A stretch of 64,000 bases of DNA from Geosiphon pyriformis uo1. Lineage: Eukaryota; Fungi; Glomeromycota. Of this stretch, positions 13,346-23,981 are shown one piece after another; within the stretch, counting starts at the first letter, position 1, and each line of letters opens with the position of its first letter. The notes under the pieces are model-generated. The model saw only the letters and a program-made list of their open reading frames with translations, was not told where the DNA came from and made no database searches. The stretch spans positions 372,001 to 436,000 of the forward strand of contig JAAOMT010000295.1 of the NCBI GenBank assembly GCA_016748015.1. Reading direction: 5' to 3'. A program made the translations under genes and the position numbers.

Positions 13346-14574
13346 TCAAAACTCCTCTAAGAGAGAAACTATTGATCGAGCTGGAGAAGAAGAAAGAAAA
13401 GCCTACCTGGGAAGCCTACCAAGTATCATGGGCTGACAAAAAACACAATGAGCTGCCACCAATACTCTCTTGGGACAACAACAACAAGGGAAAAGGGAAA
13501 CAAAAAGAAGAACTTACCTGGGAAACCGATGACCTGACATGGACCAACAACGACGAGAGTAAACCGACTTCAAGCTGGGAATGGGAAGAAGACAAAGAAA
13601 ATAAAGGGAAAGGAAAAAAAAAAGAGACCACTCAAACCACCACTGCTTATAACACCTACACTATACCACAATGATCTACCTATCGTTGACCCAAGCTATA
13701 TGCGTCGATTGTGGCAAGAAATTGTCGTCAATGGGCGCATGCTATGGGAACGATGAGGAATATTCAATGGCAACTAAGTTCTATTGCCGCCCATGCGTCT
13801 TTGAATGCTTTGGAAGACCAAAATAAGTAGGGAAATGGGACAATCAGTCATGCTTAGCTTGTGGAAAGACTCTCTTGGATGAAGGAATGTGGCATAACAT
13901 TCCTGGACGAGGAGGAACATGCGACATATCGTGTCAATACACGATTCTAATAAGTGACTGGGTAAAGAAAAGAACCCCAATAGAAGCAGCCTGGAGAAGA
14001 GCCGTACAACAACTGGACAGTTGCCCACATGACGACGATGAAATTTGGCAAATGACACTTGCAAAAATCAAAGGGGTGACACCAGAAGAGATAAAAACGA
14101 TTAAAAACAACCTCTCAGAACCTTTAGAGCTTGACTGGAATGCAGAACCCATCATAAACCTCCTGGATCTGGAACAATTCCACGAACATTACCAAGAATT
14201 AGCACCCACAAGGAAAGAACAAGAACAACAATTAGAACAGTTGAACGCTCGACTATGTCAATACTGCCTAATTCCCTATGACTTCTAGTATTGTAATGAA
14301 TGTGACCTTATTTACAATCCACCACCACACATGATCTACACGATCCCGGAAAAGGAAGAACCAATTAGCAGCTGCGCATCAGAATTAGGATTGCCAATTG
14401 ATCACGATTCAAACTTTGACAATGATGGTGACAACAATGATTCAAACTCCGTTCAAAATGGCAATAACAACAACAATGATTCCAACTCAGATACAAACTC
14501 CAAGGTAAACTATGAACAATACATTGCACTACCAGATCTCTCCAAGGAACAAGAGTTGAAATGGTATAGTGACA

Positions 14575-14985
14575 ATGGGGAAGGTATTATGCCAGAATGT
14601 GCGCATGATACTGATGCAAGGTTTAATTTAAGATATCTAGGAAAAGATGCCATCAAATTGGAACCACATTCACACACCTGCATTGATCTGAAAGTAGCAC
14701 TAGAAATTCTAGCAACAACCATGGTTCAATTAGCATCTAGAAGTAGTTTAGCGAAAAGAGGGATTAATATAAGAGGAGGAATAATTGATGCGGGATATGT
14801 AGAAAATATCATCGCTATGCTACAAAATGACTCAGAAAAGACCTATGTAATAGAGCCTAATGAAAAGATAGCACAGACAATATTCCTGCCTCTGGTTAGA
14901 ATAGCTCAGTTAGTATCAGTGGGAAAGAGGGAGGAATTAGGAATCATGGCAAGAGAAATACAGAGATTTGGATCCACAGGTAGAA
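14575..14985 (+). pseudogene. dUTPase domain within the polyprotein, between PR and RT
   Basis: All five trimeric dUTPase motifs are recognisable though mutated: DARFNL (AGxDL), SRSSLA, GIIDAGY, KIAQ, REIQRFGSTG. Confidence 0.92.
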
Positions 14986-15399
14986 TAGATGTACCAGTTA
15001 ACATGGCAGAAGAAGAAATTGTTGGCCAAGGAGAAATTATCTCAACTGGTCAAGCTATTTCTATTCCACCATATAGCCAGTACATGTTAGCAATAGAAAA
15101 AAAGAAAAAGGAGCAAAAACAGATGTTTGAAGCGAAGCAACCCTTTGTGAATTGGAAGAGATTGGGTTGATCAATCTCTACATACCAGCCAAAGGCTATA
15201 GCAGCATAAAAATTCCCATCTACAACAATACTGGCAATGTCATCAGCATACCAGAAGGAACAACCATTGGATATTTAACCACAGAAATAGAAAACCAACC
15301 ACCAAACCCCATTCCAGACTTTCCACAACTTTGTGAATATGTTAACATCACATCACAAACAATCTATGGACAAGACAAATATTATTTGCTCCAACCAGA

Positions 15400-16807
15400 A
15401 CAATTGGAACAAATAAACATGGGAAACTTAGATCCACTCCAATATATGCAGCTCAAGATGTTACTCAACAAGTTCAATGACATCTTTGCCAGCGAAAATG
15501 AGTTTGGCCGAACTGACATCATCCAGCATTAGATCAAGACTGGAGATGCAATGCCAATTAAACAAAGAGCATACAGAGTGCCGCCAGCCAGCCACGAGAT
15601 TATTCGTCAAGAGATAAACAGAATGCTTGACAACAGGCTAATTCAACCATCAATGAGTCTATGGTCATCACCAGTGGTACTCGTCCATAAGAAAAATAGA
15701 AAAATCCGGTTTTGTATAGACTACAGGAAACTCAATAGTGTAACTCGTGGAGACAGTTATCCAACTCCATAAATACAGAAATTATTCGATGCTTTTGGTA
15801 GGAACAAATGGTTCTCCACATTAGATTTGAACAGTGGTTACTGACAAGTAGCCATGAATCCAGCTGACAAAGAGAAGACGGCATTTACTACTAGAGAAGG
15901 GAATTTTGAATTTGAAGTAATGCCATTCGGCTTAACCAATGCCCCAGCAACTTTCCAACAGCTAATGGAAATTGTTTATACAGGCTTATTGTGGAAATCA
16001 GTATACTTGGATGACACCAATGTATTCTCAAAGATGTTTGATGATCATCTTCATCATCTTCAACAAGTGTTCAAAAGACTAAGAAGAGCAGGACTGAAGT
16101 TAAATGCGACAAAGTGCTTCTTTGACAAGACAGAACTCAAATTCTTGGGACACATAATCAGCAAAGACGGCATCAAAATGGATCCAGAGAAAATAGAGAT
16201 AGTAAAAAACTTTCCAGTACCGACCAATATAATAGAACTGAAATCATTCTTGAGATTTGCCAGCTACTATTGTCATTTTATCAAGAACTTTTCCAAGATA
16301 GCGCAGCCACTCAATCAACTACAAAACAAAAATGCGAAATATGAATGGACAGAAAGTCAACAAGAAGCTTTTGATATTCTGAGGAAAAAGCTCATCCAAG
16401 CTTCAGTACTAATCTATCCAGATTACAGCAAACCATTCATCATTACCACTAATGCATCCGGCCAAGCATTGGGAGCAGTATTATCTCAGAGAGGACCAGA
16501 TGGCAGAGAACATCCAGTAGCATATGCTAGCAAAGATTTAACACCAGCCGAAAAGAACTATGGAACACCGGAACAAGAACACTTAGCAATATACTGGGCT
16601 GTCATGAAATGGAAAGAATACTTGAGCCAGAAGTTTGAAGTATACACAGATCACAAGGGATTGACATCACTCCAAAAACAAGAATTTGGAGATGGAAGAC
16701 AGTCAAGATGGAAAATGGCACTCACACCATACAATTATACTATATATTACAAAAAGGAAAAAGACAATGGAAATGCTAATGGTTTATTGTGAATAAGACA
16801 AATCTAA
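15400..16807 (+). pseudogene. pol: Reverse transcriptase and RNase H domains; frame ends ...L(S)(R)IRQI-stop
   Basis: SPVVLV, RFCIDYRKLN, KTAF, MPFGLTNAPATFQ, YLDD, FLGH; RNase H TNASGQALGAVL, YTDH, NANGL (decayed ADGLSR). Confidence 0.95.
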
Positions 16808-16869
16808 AAACATTTCAACCCAAAGATATAATAAAACCAGAACAATACCAACAGAAAATACAACAAAAG

Positions 16870-18939
16870 ATGAACATACAAAAATATCAACAATTACAAC
16901 ATTATCTAAATACTCAACAGTTCAAGGAGAATTTATCTCATATGGAACGAAGGAGTATCAAACAACAATCAAAATATTTTATCACTCACCAAAATATACT
17001 TTATTGGAAAAATAGAAGAGATCCAGATCAACCAACCAGAGTAATTACAGAGCCAGAAAAAGAGACAATATTATTTAACATGCACTCAAATCCAATAGCA
17101 GGACATTTTCACAAAGAAACAACCATAAAAAGAACTAGAAAAAGATACTATTGGCCATCAATGTACCCAGACATCATTCAATATGTTCAAAATTGTGACG
17201 CTTGTCAGCGAAGAGGAGGAACGAGACCCAGTGAACCATTAAGACCAATCAAAGTGGGATAACCATTTGACCATATGGGAATTGATTTAGTTGAACCATT
17301 AACAATTACCAGCAGAGGAAACAGATACATAGCAGTAGCTATGGACTATCTCACTAAATGGCCAGAGACAAAAGCAATTCAAAGAGCAGATGCAGAATTC
17401 ATTGCCGAATTTGTTCATCAGAAGTTGATTTGTCGACATGGATGTCCAAAAGAATTATTGTCAGACCAAGGAACTCATTTTGTGAACAGAACATTAACTG
17501 AATTGAGCCAAAAATTTGGAATCAAAAGACCATTATTATTACTATACCATCCACAAACCAACGGATTGGTAGAAAGATTTAACAGAACGTTGTGTAAAGC
17601 AATAGCCAAGCTCAGCCAAGAAAACCAGAACGATTGAGATTTGTTCATACCATCAGTACTATTTGCTTATTGGACAACGAAACAGGATACTACACAAGCA
17701 ACACCATTTAAATTAGTATATGGGAGAATAGCAACGTTACCAGTAGAGAGAGAAATTAATACATATCCAGCTGAACCAATAACAAAGGAAAATTTTCAAA
17801 AAACATTGCTAAGAAGAACATATGACTTAATGGAAACATTGGAAAACAAACGAAGAAGAGCAGCTGATAATATCCAAAAGTCACAAAAAACACAGAAAGA
17901 AAGACACAATAGTCAACTATCAGACAAACCAGTTGAATTCAAGATCGGAAACAAAGTATTACTATATTGTACCAAAGTGGAAAAACAATGGAGTGGAAAA
18001 TTTAACCCCAAATAGGACGGACCATTTCACATAGAAGAAATTCTAGAAAATGGAACTTACAAATTAAGATTGAATAACAAAATTTTAACCAAAGCAGCAC
18101 ATGGAAATTGACTAAAACCATATCACAACATCACAATACCATCTACCAGTAATATTCCACAATTAGGAGTACAGAGAATACTAGTCCAACCAGATGAGAT
18201 TCCACGAGATCTGAAACCAATCATTATTATCAACAACAACACGTTAAATTGATCCATCAAAAGAATATATAAAGACATGGTAGATGCGACAGGAAATATC
18301 AGAAAAATGGAAATTACAAACAACATTTACTCACTAACACAACAACTTTTTCAATTAATCCAACACCAGGAAATGGAGATTACAATCAATTAACAAACTA
18401 TTCAATATCAAGATACTAGAAAGACATTGCAACTCAGAACACAGAAAAAAACTGAAAATACAGTGGACAAAATTATTGCGAAAGTAAAATTAGCAATAAT
18501 CAAAGAATTGACAAAAGAGTTACTATATCAAAAGTTGACTAAAGAAACTTGGAATTGGTGGATACAACAATTTCCATGAAACTATTGTTATTTTTACTTG
18601 GGACAACACGTAAATATTCAGAATCTATATACGAATAAAACAAAGCGATTATTCGACAAAAGAATACTACAACAATTAGAACATTTTTTGGGAAAGAACA
18701 ACTTATCCACACAAGCCCGAGCCATATACCAAATACACACAGCATTTCAGGATAAACCAGAAATATTGCTCAACAGAAAAATGGATATGGTGACTAGTAA
18801 TCAATTGGGAAAAATCACCAATACTCAATTTGAAGAATTACAGACCCAAATAACACAAGTAATTCTCGAAAACAAAATCCAGGAAATACTTCAAGAGGGG
18901 GAATTACATAAGTTAGATTTCGACAGAGCTCAATATTAA
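16870..18939 (+). pseudogene. Integrase ORF (H2C2 zinc finger, DDE core, GPF/Y motif) with ~270-aa C-terminal extension, in its own reading frame
   Basis: H-x6-H...CDAC, GIDLV / SDQG / NGLVERFN, DGPFHI. All pieces 16870-18939 share frame +1 and are broken only by stops derivable from TGG/CAA/CGA. Confidence 0.9.
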
Positions 18940-18952
18940 AAGGAGGGAATAA
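18938..18952 (+). promoter_or_regulatory. Polypurine tract
   Basis: aaaaggagggaataa immediately precedes the 3' LTR. Confidence 0.9.
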
Positions 18953-19820
18953 TGTTACTCATAGAAATATAGGAATTATATTAGCATAATTATTAGCCAA
19001 TCAGAAGTAAGCATAGTAAATGTGGAATTCCAGAATTCCTCTCAGAAATTGCAGGATTCCAGGAATTTCAGGATTCTCAACGAGAAATTGCAGAATTCCA
19101 GAATTCCAGAATTCCTCTCAAAGGAATCGCAGAATTCCAGGATTTCTGTCATAAAGAATCGAGGAATTGAGGAATCTCAATTATGTATATATAGCAGTAG
19201 TGTTAGAAACAGAAAAGACAGAATCGATACCACATAATCCTTAGCCAAGAAACTAATCATCAAATAAATAATCATTCCATATTTCAATTCACTCTCCACT
19301 ATCAACACTTCATGTTGATAATAATTAATACTTAACCATACTAGAACAATAGCTCTTGATCATGACTATTGATAAGATACTAACGGACCAAATTGCCTTG
19401 ACTTATTTTCTTTACTTTCCTTACTTTTATTTTTTATTTATTTTATTTTCTTCTGTTTTTGATTTTGTTATTGTATACTAATTGATTAAAAGATTAAGCG
19501 CTGAATTATTGATGTCAAGGATAGCCTGGTAAAAGACCCAGAAATAAGAGTAGGATTTTATATATATATTATCGGATAGCTTACCAAAAGGGCATGACTG
19601 TCAGACTAAATCCGGCCACCATGTTGAGAAAGAAATTGGGAAAACTCTTGGAAGGATACATCTACTATTAATACCATTTGAATCTCTGTCCATTATACAA
19701 AGGACTCAACCAAAACCTTCAGATACTAAATCTTCAGATCAATAGCAACTGCAATTAGCTTTAAGCACCAAGTTATGAGTTTGTTATTTGATTTGACAGC
19801 AGAAATAATCACCTGTAACA
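18953..19820 (+). repeat. 3' LTR
   Basis: About 93% identical to the 5' LTR by manual alignment; followed by TSD ACAC. Confidence 0.97.
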
Positions 19821-22362
19821 ACACTATTAGACTTAGTGGTATCACTGGTTTTAAAACTCCAAGAACGACCATTTAACACCTTAGCAGCAGTGAATTTCCT
19901 ATTACCAATATTATTCTCCAAAGCACCACCTTTCCTCTTCTTTCTAGACTCAACAGACTTAATACCAATATCAGAACCAGGCTCCATAATAAATCTGTTT
20001 AAAATAACAATACTAAGACCAATAGTGGCTTTGTAATCAAGCAAAAACAGTTTGGATTTATCATATTGAATAATAAAAAAACTTCTTTCAAAAAATATTT
20101 TGGCTTTTTTTTGGAAATTTGGGATGAACAAAAGAAAGAAGTTTTTGTTATTTTTTAAAATTAATATATAAAACATTAAATATTATAATATTTTATTTAT
20201 ATAATATACTTATAATATTATTTATTATTTATTATAATATAACTTATATATTAATAATTATTTAAATAATATATTAATAAATATATATATAAAACAAATA
20301 TTAATTTTATATATTAATATAAATATTATAATATTAATACATATTTAAATTTAAATTTTTAAGTTTTATATATTATTTTATAATTTTTATATTAAATTAA
20401 ATTTATTTTTTTGGTTTTTATTTTTTAAAATTCTTTTATAAAATATAAATTGATTATTATTTACAAAATTAAGACTAAAAATTTACAATAAAAACAGTTT
20501 ATATAATTTTAATATATAATTAATTATTTTTATTTTATTTAAATAATTTTTAAATGTTTGTTTAAATATATTTATATATATATTTACTTATTGCTTTTTT
20601 ATAAAATTTTATTTTAATATTTTGTATTTTTTATATATTATATAATTTGTTAAAATTAATTATAATTAATATTTATTTATACCATAAATATTTAAAAATA
20701 AACTTTGTATTTATTTTTAAATTAATTAAAGTTTTTTAAATAAACCAAGAATTAAATTAAAATATACTTAATTTAAGCTTTTTAAAAAAACTAAATTAAA
20801 TTTTTATATTTATAAAATTTATATTAACAATTACAAAAAAATTAATTAAGTTTATTAAAAAAGCAATTTTTTAATTACAGATTTTATTACATAAAACAAA
20901 TTTATAACTTAAATTTTAATTATTTTTAGTTTGAATTTATAAATTTTATTAACTGTTTTAAAATTAAAAATAATAAAAAAAGTTATAATATTAATATAAA
21001 CATTAAACCAAGCTTAATAAAAACTTTAAAAAACATATTTAATAAATTAAAAATAGTTTACAATTAATAATTATATAATATAAACTTTAATAATTTTAAT
21101 AATAATTATATTTAAAAATTTTTACTGAAATTTTTGTTAATATTTAAATTTAACAAGCTTAAGTTTAAAAACAATATTTAAGAAAACTTAAAAACCAAAT
21201 TCCATATAAAAATGGCTAAAATTATTTTCTAAGTACTATTAAAATCAGTAGTGTTATTTTTGTAATAAAAAATAGGTTTACTTTTGTAATTATTAATGTT
21301 TTATATTTGAAATTATGTTATTTTATACTATATAGTTGGTATTTAATATATAATTTTAATTTGACTATAATTTTTACAAAAGTTTCTTTACTATTAAACA
21401 GTTTTTTAAGTATTTGATATTTATAAAATTAAGTTTTGATTTATTTCATAAAAAAAGCTAATTTTAGTTTATTTAAAAAACTTAATCTTCTTTGAATTAA
21501 ATATAATAAATAATTCCATTGTTATTAAGTCTATTAGTTGTTTTCAGAAAATAATATACAATCAAATTCTTGTTTTTTAGTACTGGAAAATAAAAAAAGC
21601 TGGTTCCAAATTATAAATGTTATAAATTTAACTTTATATTTTGTAAAAAAATAAGTCATGAATTTTATTTTATCCAAAATTGTAATAATCAAATACGCCA
21701 TATAAAAATAAATGATCAAACAAAATACTAGGGTTAGCTAGACTAAAACGGCAATGTGTTGTTTGGACAGGGTTCCCGTCAATGCCTCCTTTGCTGTATT
21801 ATGATGAGTATACCATATTGATTCGTTTCCCGTGAATATTCCATCGAATTCAGAAAGTTCTTTCTCATTTTTGTTGGAGTACTTTTCCTAGATTGAATTG
21901 GTGCTTCTTGTCTTGAGGTGTTTCTATAGAGCTTTTGGATCCTGTAGGCCAACTGGGTGAATTCTCCCCTTTATTATTTTAATATTGTTTCTTTTGTTAC
22001 TTCTTTGAATTCTTGGCTGGTTCTGAATTCCTTCGAGTATTTGATCGATTTTGTTGCCAGGGTGATTCAACCGGTCAAGGGTGGTTTGAACCAAGTGTTT
22101 TTGCTTCGGTAATGTTTGACGCGTCTGCTTTGACTGCTATCGTGTTACCAACAAACTGCGGTTTAAAAAATTAATTAGTGATATGAGAACTTTTACATAT
22201 TGGTTTTATTGATGATCTTCGTGATTTTGTTGACAAAATTCATTTCCATTTCCAAATTGATAAGAAAAATTGTAATTCTTAACATTATCATTAATATAGA
22301 GTTCATTTTCGAACAAGTTGGTATAATCCTTCAACTTGTATTGAGTAGAAATAATTTATTAA

Positions 22363-23379
22363 TTATATCCCAGTTCCGCCAACATCAATTTTACCATGTT
22401 CCAATAAGTTTTGGTCAAAGAGATATAAGCCTAACCCGTCACCTCCAACGCGATTCAAATGGGTAAGCATCTTCGCGAATTCCTCAATTAATTTGACCCT
22501 TTCCAATAGAAATTCCGTTCTGTAAAATTGTGAATTAAGGGATGATGATGAAAGGTTTATTAATCAAGAAACCTGATATCAATTAATTAGTTACCGGATA
22601 AAATGAACCATTTGATGATCATTATTTCGTACTGCAATTTCATTCAGGTTTAAGAGTGATTTGTTCACATTTTTTTCAAGACCAAGAGAAACCTCTATTA
22701 AAAATATGCGTAAATTGAAAATAAAGAAATTGGGAATAAATATTTAACAATAAGACAAAAGAACAAATTTAAATGATAAGCTAATTTAAAAACAACAAAC
22801 CAACAGCGTTCTTGGCAGACTGCCACTCACTCTAAAGAAAAATTAATAAGATGATGAAGAATTACCCAAAATTTTGAACAAATTATTATATTACCGGAGG
22901 TTGGGGAATCGCACGCAAAATTACTCGACCACCTCTCATATTTTGGTAAGAGACCAGTTTCTGCGCACGCTTATATTCCTAAGAATTTTATCACCAGTGA
23001 TGTAGTTATTAAGATTTGAAGGATAAAGAAAAAATAGCGCCAAGCAGAGCCGATTGTTGTTCATACTACCCGACATACCTCTTCTGCTTGATGGTTGAAA
23101 AATTTTGCTAGACCCTTTCAAATACAGGAAATGATAGTTTGAATTATTGATCACCTTTTTCCAAAAATTATTTCTTAACGTCAAAGTTCTTGGTCACAAC
23201 CAACTTTGGTTGGTTGTTTATCCACACTTCCAAAAAACACTCACATGCAAAGCAACCCCGTCCCTGCCAAAATAAGCTGCGATACTTCTATAATTCGCCG
23301 CGGCAGTCTGCTCTTCAAATATCTGGTCATTGATATTGTCTTCAGAGACGCTGGCAAAATTTTGTTTAGCAAGAGACAT
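22363..23379 (-). CDS. Ferritin (eukaryotic type, 180 aa, 6 exons: 23379-23245, 23114-23079, 22978-22895, 22831-22801, 22694-22595, 22519-22363)
   Basis: Manual splicing at GT-AG introns gives an intact 543-nt frame: MSLAKQNF...QIFEEQTAAANYRSIAAYFGRDGVALHGLAKFF...YQNMRGGRV...LEKNVNKSLLNL...GLGLYLFDQ, the hallmark ferritin sequence. Missed by the ORF track. Confidence 0.95.
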
Positions 23380-23981
23380 TTACGTTCTAGTGTTTAGGAT
23401 ATTTTCAGTTATTGGTAAAGGTAGACTACTTACTATCAGTTCAAAATTTTAAACCTCGAATGTCTACAAACAGACCAAAAAGAATTCTGCATTATCGAAT
23501 CTGCCTATTATTTTCCCACCTTTCTGTTTGTAAATAATGATCATATGGTCTAAATCGAATACCCAATTTATCAATGATTGAGTTCAAGACATGCTACAAT
23601 CTCCTGAGCGACTGATGAAATTTCATAAATGAAATAAACTCGCAATATTAGCATCACTTCATCTTTAAACAGGACAGAGTTATAATCAATGAATACAGCC
23701 AACCTGTGAATCTAGGCTATTTTATTTTGTTTTGTTAAGCAACTTGGATAATCATTTTATAGATTTCCTGATGGGAATTTACCACGTGATCGAGAAAGTT
23801 ATATTGTATGATTGATGATTCTCATTGAAAGTTGGTGACTGGGACATGGTTTGAACAAAGCAAGACCCCAGTTACTCTAAAATAAGCATTATATTGATGT
23901 CCAAAAATATTTTTTCTACACTTCCTTTTCATATTATAAATTTTAAAAGCTGAATGCAATACTCTCACAAATAAATCAGAA

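Larger units (their letters stand above)
9670..19820 (+). mobile_element. Ty3/Gypsy-type (Metaviridae-like) LTR retrotransposon, structurally complete but coding-defective, 10151 bp
   Basis: Two ~867-bp LTRs with TGTTAC...GTAACA ends, 4-bp TSD ACAC (9666-9669, 19821-19824), PBS, PPT, and domain order Gag-PR-dUTPase-RT-RH-IN. Confidence 0.97.
3232..20146 (-). mobile_element. Non-LTR retrotransposon (LINE) copy 1, full length, interrupted in ORF1 by an LTR element (LINE parts 3232-9669 and 19825-20146)
   Basis: Poly-T (poly-A tail) at ~3232, 3' UTR shared with other copies, fragmented ORF2 and ORF1. Removing the insert and one TSD restores the ORF1 reading ...TTKSNSV/NMKKKCLV.... 5' end motif shared with copies 2 and 4. 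Confidence 0.93.

Noticed and set aside
10980-15150. Programmed frameshifts at ~10985, ~13698 and ~15135 in the LTR element
   Set aside because: Each is explained by a 1-2 nt loss within an otherwise continuous protein, and there is no second copy here to show conservation, unlike the RH/IN junction.
18250-18939. env gene in the post-integrase position
   Set aside because: No signal peptide, transmembrane segment or furin-like site seen, and the region is in frame with integrase.
23380-23700. Iron-responsive element in the ferritin 5' region
   Set aside because: No CAGUGN-loop hairpin seen on the coding strand.
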